The notes below the pieces were generated by a model, which saw only the letters and a list, made by a program, of their open reading frames with translations, was not told the DNA's origin and made no database searches. Below are positions 20,015-31,813 of a DNA stretch of 64,000 bases, piece after piece (position 1 is the first letter of the stretch; each line of letters opens with the position of its first letter). Both the position numbers and the translations under genes were made by a program. The DNA lies in the NCBI GenBank assembly GCA_963810095.1, contig CAWEMM010000006.1:1056001-1120000 (forward strand), in the 5' to 3' direction. This DNA is from an uncultured Chloroflexia bacterium (GTDB lineage Bacteria > Chloroflexota > Anaerolineae > CG2-30-64-16).

Positions 20015-20872
20015 TCACCGGCGTTCGGCCTGGAGGCGCTGCAGGTACTGGATGCTCTGCTCCACCGCAACATCCTCGTCTGTGACCTCGGGGTGCGCGT
20101 AGTCCAACTCGACGGCAAACAGTCCCTGGTAGCCCGTGCCCAGCAGCGCATCGACCAGCGCAGGCATGTCGATCACCCCCTGGCCGACGGGGACGCAGGC
20201 GAAGAAGTACCACTCCTTCGGGCTGACGCCGTACACCGGCTTGACGTCCTTCGTGTGGGTCGCGAAGACGTGCTTGCCGAGCAGTCGGGCCGACTCGACC
20301 GGGTCGTCGCCGATCCGCAGCGAGTTCCCCGTATCAAAGCACATGCCAAAGTGGGGGGAGTCCACCCGCTCGATGAGGTCCACAAACTCGTCCGTCGTGA
20401 AGTCAAAGTGGTTCTCCACTGCCAGCTTCACGCCTTCGCCCTCGGCCACCGCCGCGGCTTCCTTAAAGATGCCTGTGAGCGCCTGAAGCTGCGGCTCGTG
20501 CGGGTCGTTGCGATAGTCGAGGCTGGAGCCGACCACGCGCATCACGTTCGCGCCCAAGACGTGACAGACCTGGAACATCCGCCGCAGTTCGGCCATGGCC
20601 TGCGGCGCCTTGCCGCCCTCGAAGCCCTTCGGGTGTCCCCAGGCAACCACCGGCTCCATCCCGGCGCCGTCGATGATCTCTTTCAGGCCCTGCAGGTAGG
20701 CGTCCTCATAACTCTCGAAAAAACAGGTTTCCAGCGAGACGCCGTCGACCTTAAGCTCGGCCGCTCGCCGGAGAAAGTCGACGTAGGTCATCCGCCGGTT
20801 TGGCTCGCCCAGCGGGCCGTAGACTTCGCCAAAAAAGCGATGATAGCAGTAGCTGTCGATACCGACCTTCAT
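20015..20872 (-). CDS. Sugar phosphate isomerase/epimerase (xylose isomerase-like TIM barrel)
   Basis: LAVENH, FDTGN, THTKD, GQGVIDM, AVE metal-binding motifs. Confidence 0.9.
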   Translation of the reverse strand: MKVGIDSYCYHRFFGEVYGPLGEPNRRMTYVDFLRRAAELKVDGVSLETCFFESYEDAYLQGLKEIIDGAGMEPVVAWGHPKGFEGGKAPQAMAELRRMFQVCHVLGANVMRVVGSSLDYRNDPHEPQLQALTGIFKEAAAVAEGEGVKLAVENHFDFTTDEFVDLIERVDSPHFGMCFDTGNSLRIGDDPVESARLLGKHVFATHTKDVKPVYGVSPKEWYFFACVPVGQGVIDMPALVDALLGTGYQGLFAVELDYAHPEVTDEDVAVEQSIQYLQRLQAERR

Positions 20873-20973
20873 GGTTCTCTCCTTGTCTGTTCTTTCGACC
20901 TCGCCGGCGCTCCCCGTGGGTGGGGAGCGCCGGGTCAAAACTCGTACCGGCAAGGCTGGGCGTGGTGGGGCGG

Positions 20974-22053
20974 CTAATGGCCCCGCGCCGCCCACTGCGA
21001 CACCCGCTTCAGGATGCTGTGTTCCTCTTCTTCGTCGTCCGAAGCCATGGTCAGCAGAATGCCCTTCGGCTCGACGGCTGCGACAAAGTCCTCGAGTTCG
21101 CCGTGCGTCAGGTCGACCATGACCGACTTGCCTGCCGCCTGGATGCGCTTGATCAGTGGAACCCACTGCATGATTGGCAGGTCGTCGCCCATCCCCTGCA
21201 CCCATTGGATCGCGTGCAGGTTGGGCAGTTCCAGAATGCGATCGAGGTGCCGGGCCACTCCTTTGCCGTCGACATGATAGACGTTATGGGTCATGTGCAC
21301 CATTTCGCGGCGATTCAGCTCCCACTGGTATTTCATGAACTGCCGGGTGGAGATCATGAACGCGAAATCGCAGCTCGGAATGTGCATCTTGCCAAACGAA
21401 GGAATGCCCATCCACGTCACCGACGGCTGCCCCTTCTCCTTCAGCATGGCATCGAAGTGGTCGAAGACCTGGAGAAACTCGCCCGCGATCTGGTCGAGCA
21501 TGGGGAGCGGCGCCTCGGGGTCGTCGGCCAGGTCCCACAGCAGGGCGTCGGTGCCCCGCAGCGCCGCCAGGCAGTCCAGTCCGCCGTGCAGGTCTGCGTA
21601 GCCCACCAGGAACTTGCCCTCGCACTGTTCGAGGGCGCAGCGGGTCATGCTCTCCAGGCACTTCATGACTGGGCTGTTCCAGTCGAGCACGAGCGGCCGG
21701 CTGTAGTCGGTCACAATGGGGCGCGACCAGCTCGTGACGTCGGCAAACTCGAGTGGACAGCCGTAGAACGCTGCCGACACCGCAGGGCCGAGGTTGGGCC
21801 AGAAGACCGGGAAAGTCTCGCCGTTGTAGTGTTTGCCCCGCACCTGCGTCATGAACTTCTCGAGCTGGTACTCCTCGTCGAACCATTTGTCTTTCAGCTC
21901 GCGCCACTCGGGCTTCCAGATGTTGTCGGCCGCCTCGAACTCCGCGTTGTGCCGCGTGAAGCGAACGGGTGGCCGGTCGATTATCTCCTGCTCGTACCAC
22001 GCATAGATGCGCTCCATGGCCTGGTTGAAGTCCGGCTTTGACTCCAGCTCCAT
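20974..22053 (-). CDS. URO-D/methyltransferase-like TIM-barrel protein
   Basis: DRPPV, WPNLGP, DCLAALRGTD, SCDF, YHVDG, AIQWVQG. Confidence 0.75.
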   Translation of the reverse strand: MELESKPDFNQAMERIYAWYEQEIIDRPPVRFTRHNAEFEAADNIWKPEWRELKDKWFDEEYQLEKFMTQVRGKHYNGETFPVFWPNLGPAVSAAFYGCPLEFADVTSWSRPIVTDYSRPLVLDWNSPVMKCLESMTRCALEQCEGKFLVGYADLHGGLDCLAALRGTDALLWDLADDPEAPLPMLDQIAGEFLQVFDHFDAMLKEKGQPSVTWMGIPSFGKMHIPSCDFAFMISTRQFMKYQWELNRREMVHMTHNVYHVDGKGVARHLDRILELPNLHAIQWVQGMGDDLPIMQWVPLIKRIQAAGKSVMVDLTHGELEDFVAAVEPKGILLTMASDDEEEEHSILKRVSQWAARGH

Positions 22054-22090
22054 CTTGCACCCCACTGCCCCGATTTGGGTCTTGCTTCGG

Positions 22091-23771
22091 CTACGCTCGG
22101 ACTTCGGCCTTCAGCGCCTTAAGGCGTTTCATCACGTCGTTGCTCCCCCGCCCGAAGTAGTCGTGCAGGGTGACGTATTCGGCAAACAGCCTGTCGTAGA
22201 TCGCGGTCGCCTGCGGGTTCGGCGTATAACAGTCGTCACGCAGGGTCGCCATTCGCTCGGTCGCCTCGAAGATCGTGTCGTAGCCGCCGGCGCCCTTGCC
22301 TGCCGCGACTGCACCGTGCATTGCCGAGCCGAGGGCGCCGCCCTGGTGCGTGCCCGCCACTCGGATCGGCCGGCCGGTAACGTCCGCGTAGATCTGCATG
22401 AGCAGCTTGTTACGGTCTGGCAGGCCACCCGTTGCGACGATCTCGTGCACCGGCACATCGTGGTTCTGAAACGCCTCGATGATCACACGGGTGCCGTAGG
22501 CTGTCGCTTCGATCAACGCGCGATAAATCTCCTCGGGCTTGGTGAGCAACGTCATGCCCAGCATCATGCCAGTCAGGTCCACGTCGACCAGCACGCTGCG
22601 GTTGCCGTTCCACCAATCGAGCGCCAGTAGCCCGCTTTCGCCCGGCTTCAACTGGCCGGCCTTTTCCTCCAGCAGGTCGTGAACGCTCACCCCGCGTCCC
22701 TGTGCCTCCCGCTCGTAGGCGGCCGGCACGCACGTTCTCGGTGAACCACGCGAAGTGGTCGCCCACGCACGACTGGCCCGCCTCGTAACCGTAGAAGCCC
22801 GGGATGATGCCGTCCTGGACGTACCCGCACATCCCCGGCACAATCCGCTCTTCGGTGCCCAGCAGCATGTGGCAGTTCGACGTCCCCATGATGATCACCA
22901 TGCGCCCGGCCTCGCGCACCGTCGCGGCCGGCACTGCGGCGTGCGCATCGACGTTGGCCACGGCTACCGCCGTGCCCGGGCGCAGGCCGGTCCAGGCCGC
23001 GGCCTCCTCGGTCAGCCCGCCGGCGTTCTGGCCGAGCTCGGAGATCTCGCGCGCGAGCTTCTCGTCGACGAAGTGCTCCAGCCGCGGGTCGAGCGCCTTG
23101 AAGAAGGCGTTGGGGGGAAAGCCGTGCTCGCTTCGACCAGATGCCCTTATATCCCGCCGTCGTCAGGTTGCGGGTCTCGCGGCCGGTGAGCTGCCAAACG
23201 ACCCAGTCCGCCGCCTCGATCATCCGGTCGGCCGCCGCGTAGATGTCGGGCGCCTCGTCGAGGATTTGCCAGGCCTTTGGCACGAACCACTCGGAGGAGA
23301 TTTTGCCGCCGTAGCGCTGCAGGAAGTCGTAGCCCTCGCGCTCGGCGATCTCATTGAGCTTGTTCGCCTCCGGCTGGGCCGCGTGGTGCTTCCACAGCTT
23401 GACCCAGGCGTGCGGGCGGTTGCGGAATTCGGGCAGGAAGCACAGCGGCGTGCCGTCGGCCTTCACCGGCAGCATGGTGCACGCCGTGAAGTCGATGCCC
23501 AGCCCGATCACATCGTCCGGGCTGACCCCGCTTTCCTTCAGGACGGCGGGAATCTGCGTGCTTGAAGACTTCCAGGTAATCGTTGGGGTCTTGCAGCGCC
23601 CAATCGGGTTCGAGCCGGGCGCCGCCGGCCGATTGCGGGCAGCCGTTCGTCGATGACGCCATTCGCGTAGGGGTGGACGTGCGTAGCGACTTCGCGGCCG
23701 TCCGCAACGTCGACCAGGAGCGCTCGGCCCGACTCCGTGCCGAAATCAACGCCGATAGTGTATTTGCTCAT
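22091..23771 (-). CDS. araB: Ribulokinase (frameshifts near 23640, 23555, 23130 and 22730)
   Basis: [62 protein letters not shown]. Confidence 0.92.
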
Positions 23772-23845
23772 GCGATGAACCTCGGTGTGACAGAGTAATG
23801 TGCATCGATAATCACCAAACCCGCTCGAGGCGGGCCACCATTGCC

Positions 23846-24374
23846 TCAGGCGCAATTTGCCCGTTCCAGGCGTCCCGAATCATACCCTTCACGGTCGATG
23901 ATAAAGCTGGTGGGCAGCGGCCGGACGCCGAAAAGCTGCGTTGTAACGTGCCCGTCGCGGTCGAGGAGGATCGGGAAGGCCAAGCCGGTTTGCTCCACGA
24001 ATGCCTTGACCGTCTCTGGGTCTTCCTCCACGTTCACGCCCAGCACGACGAAATCCTTGTCCGCGCCATACTGTCGATGCAGCGCGTCCAGGTCGGGCAT
24101 CTCGGCCTTGCACGGGGGGCACCAGGTGGCCCAGAAATTCAGGAGCACGACCTTGCCGCGCAGGTCGGACAGGCTGACCGTCTTCCCGTCGACGCGTCTT
24201 CAGCGCGAAATCGGGCGCCCGCGACTGCGACACGCCGGCCAACGCGGGCTTCGACTGCTCGGCCACCCGTGCGGCCGCATCGTGGCGCGCCGACAGCCAC
24301 CACCACAGCCCGATCGCGACCGTGACGGTGGTCAGCGCAACCAGGAGCCAGAAGAATGGGCGCTTCGACATCAT
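23846..24374 (-). CDS. TlpA/ResA-like thiol-disulfide redoxin (frameshifted)
   Basis: N-terminal TM segment, [33 protein letters not shown]. Confidence 0.88.
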
Positions 24375-24467
24375 GGCGCCCAAGGCCGCCGCGCAATCAT
24401 GGGCAGCTCACGCGGTGCGGCCGGTAGGCGCTTGCGGCAAATCCTGTAACCCCATCCCGTCCGCGTC

Positions 24468-24906
24468 CTATTCTGCACCTGCGGTGCTGAACGCTTCCAC
24501 CCGGCAGCTGCGGGTGACCTCGGCCACGCCCCGCACCGTCGCAATCGCGCCGCAGTAGGTCGTCTCGGACAGTTCGGCGGCCCGCTCGAGCGCCTTTAGC
24601 TCGACGTCGCCGTACGCCACATACTCCAGGTGAATGCGCGTGTATTTCTTCGGATGTTCGGGCGACCGTTCGAACGTGGCGAATAATCTTGAAGTCCTGA
24701 GGCTCCTGCCGCTTCTTCCGGAGGATGCTCAGGACGTCCATCGCCGTGCAGCTCATGACGCCCATCAGCAGCACTTCCATCGGGCCGGGCGGCCGAGTCC
24801 GTACCCGCCGCTGTCCGTCCCGGCATCGACGACAACCGTGTGCCCGGACGCGCCGGCGCCCTCGAACTTCATCCCGCCTTTCCACGATCAGCTCTGCTGT
24901 GCCCAT
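24468..24906 (-). CDS. OsmC/YhfA family protein (several frameshifts)
   Basis: GPMEVLLMGVMSCTAMDVLSILRKKRQ; downstream frames give YTRIHLEY and TYCGAIATV. Confidence 0.75.
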
Positions 24907-24973
24907 CGGTCTACCTTTCTCTATGTCCCGCACTCCACATCCGTCTTGGCACCAATGCTCATCCCGACTCCAG

Positions 24974-26282
24974 CTATCGATCAGCGCGAGCGCCTCGTCG
25001 ACGATCTGCGGTCGATGCATCGGGCCGCGCCATCGCCTTTGCCTGGCAGCCCATCATTTCAAGCGTGGGGTTGCCCGGCCGGAGCAGCTCGCTCGACCAC
25101 CGCCGCAATCCCTTCGATCTCATGCTCGTAGATGCCCGCGCCGTTCTTGACGACCCACGACACGTTGCCGATTTCCTGGCCGGGTACGAAGTCGGTGATG
25201 ACGACCGGAACGCCCAGGCAAGCGGCTTCGGCCAACATCCCCGGCCCGGCCTTCGTCAGCAGCACGTCGCACGCGGCCATCCACTGCGCCATGTTATCGA
25301 CAAAACCCAGCACCTGCACGGGCACGGGCCATTTTTGCCGCTTGAGCCGCCGGTAAAGTTCCTTGTTGCGGCCGGCGATGATGGCGATCTGGACGTCCCG
25401 CTCTTGTTGGGCCAGCAGCTTAGCCAGCGCCCGCGCCATTGGCACGATCCGCCCGATCCCCGCGCCGCCGCCCGACACCAGGATAAGCGGCTTCTTCGGC
25501 GCCAGGCCCAGGCGCGCCCGCATGTCCTGCTTGTCATGCCCCTGCATCTTGCCAAAGGCCAGGCGGATCGGCAGCCCGATGAGCTTGAGGCGTGTCGGAT
25601 CAAAGCCGCACGAGAGCCCGGTTTGGTACGCCGGCTCAGTCGCGACGACACAAAGGTCGACGTCGGGACAGAACCACGCCAGCGGCGCCGTCACGGGATC
25701 GGTGACCACGGTCATGAACGGCACCCGCTGTCCGATCTCGGCCATGTACCAGAGGGGCATCTCGATCTGCAGGGGATGGACGCTGATAAACAGGTCGGCG
25801 TCCTCGGGCCGGATCACGGTGGAAACATACTTCTTTAGCAGGGGGTACATTGCCTTCTGGGTTGCCACCACCCGCTCGCGCGACTCGCCGAAACGATACA
25901 CCATGCGGTAGAGCCACGGGGTGTAGTTGACCCAAGGGGCGTATGTGGGACCCAGCGTGTTCAACGGAAAGGGCGCGTGCTCGTCGATCATGCTGACCTG
26001 CGACACGAGCGCCTTGCCCTCCAGCGCTTCGGAGAGACTGCGGGAGGCCGCCCGGTGCCCGCCCCCCACGTTTGCGGTGAGGATCGTGATGCGGGGCAGC
26101 GCGCCTGTGTTGACCCGTGGCCCCCTCGTCTCCAGCCCACGCGAACGGGACAGCCCGCGAATCCGCCTCTCGAAGGGCCGGCGAACAACCACTTCGCCCG
26201 CCATCGCACTAGGAGACGCTTCGGGTCCCGACTCGTAGCCGGTCGCAAGGTATTTCATTGCCAGCCTTTGCGCCATTGACAT
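24974..26282 (-). CDS. MGDG synthase/UgtP-like diacylglycerol glycosyltransferase (GT28; C-terminus frameshifted)
   Basis: GGGHRAA, TVVTD, GLPIR, SGGGAG, LTKAGPG, PGQEIGN. Confidence 0.88.
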
Positions 26283-26312
26283 GACGTAACACCCTCATGC
26301 CCTGCGTCCTTG

Positions 26313-27560
26313 TTATGCAGGACGCAGGAACTCCATGGCAAGCTGCGCGTAGCCGCGTGCGGCGAGCGCAATGTCGTCGACCCGCACATGCTCATCCGCG
26401 GTGTGTGCGTGGCGTTCGTCGCCGGGGCCGAACCCGATCGTGGGGATGCCTCGATCCCCCATCGTGTACGCCCCGTCCGTCGAAAACGGCCAGAAACCCG
26501 TGCGCGGCTTCGCGCCCAGAGCCCGCTCGACCGCGCGCATGGCCCTGCGCGCGACCGGATCCTCTTCCGGTAGCAGCCACGGCGGAAAGTACTTGCGGCC
26601 AGACGCGGCGTAGCCCGTGTAAGTCGTCATTTCGTAGGTCAGCGTCGATACGTCCGCTCGGATCCGCTCGCGGTTGACGATGCTCTGCAGCTCCGCGATT
26701 GCCCGGGCTTCAGTTTCGCCCAGCGTCAGCCGCCGGTCGACGATCAGCTCGCACAGGTCGGGGATCGAGTTAAGGCTGCCCGCGTTCGAGCCGATGTGAG
26801 TGACGGCAACGGTCCCCGCACCCAATTGCCCGGAGCCGCCCGCGCCTGCGGGCTGCAGCTGCATTCCCAGCAGCTCGATGCCGAAGATCAGCCGGGCTGC
26901 GGCAGAGATCGCGTTGACGCCGGCCTGCGGCAGTGCCGCGTGCCCGGCCTTGCCGTGCGTCTCCACTCTCAGTTCGACGCGCCCACGCTGCCCCAGGTAG
27001 ACGCCCAGATTCGTGGGCTCGCCCAGCACCACTACATCCGCACGGACCCCCTCCTCTTCGAGCAGGTGGCGGACGGCTACCCCCTCGCAGGGCTCCTCCT
27101 GGACGACGCAAGCGACGACGATGTCGCCGTTCAAGGCCGGCAAACGGCCTGCCGTCTCCTCGTCTGCCAGCCACTTCACGCCATGCAGCATGGCGGCAAG
27201 CGCGCTCTTCATGTCGGCAGTGCCACGGCCGTACATCAGCCGGCCCTCCGCCGTCATCTCAATGTCGGCGCCGAACGGATCGTGCTGCCACGCATGCCGG
27301 TCCCCGATGTCCACGGTGTCCATGTGGCCATCAAAGAGCAGGGTGAAAGGCGGCGGACCGCCGTAGCCGCGCGTGCCGCGCCCGTGGTAGCACCCGATCA
27401 CGTTGCCCGCCCGATCGGTCCAGACCTCGTGGAAGCCGCACCGCTTCATCTCGCCGCTGAGCAAAGCAGCAACACGCCCCTCTTCCCCCGGCAGACTGGG
27501 CGTCCGAACTAACTCGCGCGCCAGCGCCACCACCGGCGCCTCGTCCGCCGTTCGTTCCAC
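26313..27560 (-). CDS. M20/ArgE/DapE family metallohydrolase (YgeY-like)
   Basis: DGHMDTV, GRGTADMK, QEE, GEPT, STDG, HAHTADE. Confidence 0.9.
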   Translation of the reverse strand: MERTADEAPVVALARELVRTPSLPGEEGRVAALLSGEMKRCGFHEVWTDRAGNVIGCYHGRGTRGYGGPPPFTLLFDGHMDTVDIGDRHAWQHDPFGADIEMTAEGRLMYGRGTADMKSALAAMLHGVKWLADEETAGRLPALNGDIVVACVVQEEPCEGVAVRHLLEEEGVRADVVVLGEPTNLGVYLGQRGRVELRVETHGKAGHAALPQAGVNAISAAARLIFGIELLGMQLQPAGAGGSGQLGAGTVAVTHIGSNAGSLNSIPDLCELIVDRRLTLGETEARAIAELQSIVNRERIRADVSTLTYEMTTYTGYAASGRKYFPPWLLPEEDPVARRAMRAVERALGAKPRTGFWPFSTDGAYTMGDRGIPTIGFGPGDERHAHTADEHVRVDDIALAARGYAQLAMEFLRPA

Positions 27561-27657
27561 TTCCGCGCCATAGCCCGCTGTCCCGGTCCGCGCCTCAGGC
27601 GGCGCGCCACGGCCCGCGCATCCTCAACATGACTCGTTGCAGCCATCTGGTCGTCTC

Positions 27658-29269
27658 CTAGTAAGCGCCGTCACCGAAGATAAACTGGGGCACGGTGCGG
27701 AGGATGATGCGCAAGTCCATGCCGAGTGACCAGTTCTCCGCGTAGTAAATATCCAACATCACCATTTCGTCGAAGGTCAGCTCGCTGCGCCCGCTCACCT
27801 GCCACAAGCCGGTAATTCCCGGGAGCACGGCCAATCGCTTACGGTGCCAGTCCTGGTATTGCGCCACCTCGCTGGCCAAACCCGGCCGCGGGCCCACCAT
27901 GCTCATGTCTCCCGAAAGGACATTGATAAACTGCGGGAGCTCGTCCAGGCTGGTGCGGCGGATGAAACGCCCAACGCGGGTCCTGCGGGGGTCGTCTCGA
28001 ATCTTAAACAGCGGACCAGCAGCTTCGTTGCGCTCACGCAGCTTTTCAAGCTGTTCCTCCGCATCGACATGCATGGAACGGAACTTGAAAAGCGTGAAAG
28101 GCCGTCCGTACAACCCCACCCGTTCCTGGCGGAACAGGATCGGACCCGGCGAATCGAGGCGGATGGCGAGTGCGATCAGGGCCCAAAGCGGGGAAATGAG
28201 CACGAGCGCCGTGCCCGCGACGAGCAGATCGACCCCCCGCTTCAGGGTCTTGTTGAAGCCCGTCAGGGCGCTGCCCTTCACGCTGATCAGCGGAATCCCG
28301 TTGATGGCTTCTACGTCGACCCCGCCCAGGCTGAGTTGAAACAGGTCGGGCACCACCCGGGCACGGATGCCGAACTGCTCGGCTTCCGTCACGAGGCGGA
28401 TGACCTTCCGGTGGTACTGCCAGGGCAGGGTGATGATGACCTGTGCGATGTCGTTCTGGGCGATCGCGTCGGGCAGTGCGTCGAGCGTGCCCAGCGCTCG
28501 AATGGGGCCAATGTCCGCGCCGCTCTTGGCTGGGTCATCGTCGAGGAATCCGACGACCCGGTATCCAAGCTCGGGCTGTGCAATCAGGTTCCGCATGACC
28601 GTGCGGCCCACTTCGCCCGCGCCGATAATCAGCACGCGGTCGACGCCTTTACCCGAGGCGCGCAGGCGGGCCAGCATCATGTTGCGCACCACGCCGCGCC
28701 AGGCCCAGCAGGAAGATGATCAGGATGCCCGCATAGATGAAGATGAACCGGGAATAGAACAGGCGGCGGTAGAAGAAGACTACGACCACCATGATCATGA
28801 TGGCGGTGGTCGTCGCATTGAGCAGGCCGTACAGATCGTCGAACAGCGGCCGGCCCTTCCGCACATCATACGCGCCTTCACGCCGGTTCGTCAGCACCAG
28901 CAGCACGGTGAGGATGGCAACCATGGGCAGGTAGACCGTGTAGGGGACGTTGTTGGCCGGGTCGACGGAGCGGAACAGCTGGAGATCGTAACGCAGCCAG
29001 TACGCGATCAGGAACGCGACGTTGATCAGCACGACGTCGGTGACCAGGGTCACCCAAGGCAGCCAGGCGCGCACGTCGCTGGCCGGAACGCCCGCCGGGG
29101 CCTGAACGGCGTTCCCCGCCCCTGGCACACGAGCATCCTGCCAGTTCGAGCGCGCCGGCTGACTCACACCCGCCGGCAGTGGGACCGGCGGAATGGCGTC
29201 AGGAACCCGAACACCGGAGCCGGTTTCAGCGGGCGTAGCGGCATCGGGCGCCAGGTCGTCGCGGGTCAT
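27658..29269 (-). CDS. Undecaprenyl-phosphate sugar phosphotransferase, WcaJ/WbaP-like (frameshift near 28700)
   Basis: Four N-terminal TMs, VLIIGAGEVG, FKFRSM, SLDELPQF, MSMVGPRP, PGITGLWQVSGR. Confidence 0.92.
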
Positions 29270-30454
29270 CGCGCTTGTCCCCCGAGTACCTCGCGGTAGA
29301 CGGCGGCGGTTTCACCGGCCGTACGCGACCAGGGGAATTGGCTCGCCTGGCGCGGGCCGGCTTCTGAGAGCGCCGCCGCGCAGATCGGGTTCGCAAAGCA
29401 CCCGCTCCATCGCGCTTACCAGGCTTTCCTTATCATACGGGTCGACCAATATGGCAGCATCGCCGGCGACCTCCGGGAGAGAAGATACGTTCGAAGTAAT
29501 GGTGGGCGTCCCACACGCCATGGCCTCGAGCACGGGCAGCCCGAATCCCTCGAAGAGCGAGGGAAAGACGAACAATGTCGCCGCCCGGTACCACCAGGGT
29601 AATTCGTCGTTGGGCACGTACCCCGTGAAGAGCACTTCGTCGATCAAGCCAAGCTGTGTCACCCGGGTAAAGAGGCTCTCATAGAACCAACCCTTGCCCC
29701 CGGCGATGATGAGCTTGGGAACGGCGCTGCCGGCTCCTCCGGCAATCCCGCGCTCCCTCAGTTGAGCGTACGCCTCGATAAGCTGCCCGATATTCTTCCG
29801 CGGCTCGAGCGTGCCCAGGAACAGGATGAATCGCTCGGGCAGGCCCTTGCGCCGCCGAAAGGCGTCGATCGACGCGGCCGCCGCGGGAGTGAACGCGTCG
29901 CTCACGCCGTAGGGCACGATGACCACACGTTCGGGCGGGGCGTCGCAGAGCTCGATCACGTCGCGGCGGGTGCTCTCTGCCCCAACGATGACCCGTGCGG
30001 CCCGTTTGACCGACAGCCGGGTGAACGTGCTGAGGTAGAGCCGGTTGGTCGGGCGAAACGCGTCCGGGAAGCGCAGGAAGCTCAGGTCATGGACGGTGAC
30101 GACCGTCGGACAGGCCGCAGCCAGCGGGACCGCGAAGGCCGTGGCATGCAGCAGGTCCAGCTTGCGGCTCGCGCGCGCCAGCACGGTCTGCTCCCACAGA
30201 ATCCTGCGCCATGGGTTCGTCGTATCCCAGCGGCTCCGCTCTACCCGCAAATCGCGCGGGGCGCGAAATGCCGGATCGTGGAGGTACGCGACGAACTCCA
30301 ACGCCGGTGCGGTATGCGCAAGCGCCGGCAAGCCGTTGAGCAGCTCGAAGATATAACCGTTGATTCCGGCGGCGCGATACGTCTGCGTTAGCGAGAGCAA
30401 GTGCGCGTCCAACCCTACGCGCCACGCCCTACTGTGACCCGTCACGTCCGGCAT
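29266..30454 (-). CDS. Glycosyltransferase family 4 (frameshift near 29370)
   Basis: TVHDLSF, GTLEPRKN, EGFGLPVLEAMACG. Confidence 0.9.
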
Positions 30455-30501
30455 TATAGCACCACCCCGCTAACCACCCAACTGCCTAGTGCGCCCGGTC
30501 C

Positions 30502-31632
30502 CTAGCGTGTCAGCGTTTCGTAGACCCTCGCCGTGGCCTGGGCCACCTGCGCCTGGGTGAAGCGGGCCAGCACCCGGGCCCGCCCGCGAGCCGCAAGCCC
30601 CGCCCGGTGGGTGTCATCGTCGATCAGGCCCTGCAGGACCTGGCTCAGTGCCGCAACATCGCCCTCGGGAAACAGCACGCCGGCGTCGCCAATGACCCAC
30701 GGGATTTCGCCACTAAGCGATCCGACCACTGCGACGCCGCACGCCATCGCTTCGATCAGCACGCGGCCGAACTGTTCGACCCAGTTCGGGCGGCTAAGCG
30801 AAGGCAAAACTAGAACGTCGAGCTGCCGGTAGTATTGCGGCGCCTCCGTCGAGGGAACGCGGCCCAGGAACTCGACCTGTTGGGCAATGCCGAGCTCGGC
30901 CGCCTGGGCCTCAAGCGCGGCGCGCTCGGGACCGTCGCCCAGCACCCGGAGCATCCACGCCCCGGGCTGCAGCCGCGCGCAGGCCGCCAGCAGCACGTCG
31001 ACGCCTTTTTCCGGCACCAGCCGCCCCGCGTATCCAATCACCGTTTTGTGTCGTTTATCTGTCAGGTCGCGGGGGCCCGGTGAGAAAAGCGCGGGATCGA
31101 CGCCAAACTGCGGAATGACTTCGACCGGCCCCGCGTAGCCCTTGGCGCGCAGCACGTCCACCGCGGTCGGATTACCGGCAATCGCGAAGCGCGCACGGTC
31201 ATAGTTGGCCAGCTCGAAACGCCGGAAGGGCCACGGGTACTGACGCTCGAGGTTTTGCCAGGTGAAGAAGAGGGCCGGAATCCCGAGCCGGTCGGCCGCT
31301 CGCAAGGCCAACCAGGTTGCCAGGTTGTACGGTTCCTCGTCCATGTGCAGCACGTCGGGCCGCCTTTCGGACAGGAGACGCGGGAGGCTTGGGTAATAGT
31401 GGAGGTGAAACTGGCCGTTGAGTCGCAGGGGTGCGGCGACCAGGTCATAGCCCGAGGTGTGGGCCCGCTCCAGGCGCGTCGTCGGCCCAAACAAGCCGTC
31501 GCGCCAGCCCTCGGGCACCACCGCCGTAAGCTCGATGCCGGGCTGCCGCGCGAGTTCCTCCAGCTTCCGCTGATAAGCGCCGACCACGAGCGCCTTGGAC
31601 ACCAGGAGAACTCTCAACTTGCTGCGCCTCAC
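30502..31632 (-). CDS. Glycosyltransferase family 4
   Basis: GRLVPEKG, EQFGRVLIEAMACG. Confidence 0.92.
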   Translation of the reverse strand: MRRSKLRVLLVSKALVVGAYQRKLEELARQPGIELTAVVPEGWRDGLFGPTTRLERAHTSGYDLVAAPLRLNGQFHLHYYPSLPRLLSERRPDVLHMDEEPYNLATWLALRAADRLGIPALFFTWQNLERQYPWPFRRFELANYDRARFAIAGNPTAVDVLRAKGYAGPVEVIPQFGVDPALFSPGPRDLTDKRHKTVIGYAGRLVPEKGVDVLLAACARLQPGAWMLRVLGDGPERAALEAQAAELGIAQQVEFLGRVPSTEAPQYYRQLDVLVLPSLSRPNWVEQFGRVLIEAMACGVAVVGSLSGEIPWVIGDAGVLFPEGDVAALSQVLQGLIDDDTHRAGLAARGRARVLARFTQAQVAQATARVYETLTR

Positions 31633-31813
31633 CTAGACGGATTGCCGATAAGAAACGCCAACGGCTGGGAAAATAGGCCACAGGGATTGCAACGGCGCTT
31701 GATTTTCGAGACAGCATCGTGTATTATGGTGCAAGGGTGTTAATGCAGCGGAGCAACCGGCGGCATCCGCCACGGAGCCGGCAGGTCGTCTCATTGCCCG
31801 GAGGGAGCCTAAC

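Noticed and set aside
22091-24906. Programmed frameshifting or pseudogenes in araB, the redoxin and OsmC-like genes
   Set aside because: No consistent slippery sites were seen, motifs are intact, and breaks occur window-wide including in rnj; sequencing indels are more likely
26313-27560. Selenium-linked YgeY system
   Set aside because: No in-frame UGA, SECIS-like element or neighbouring selenium/purine catabolism genes were seen; treated as a generic M20 hydrolase
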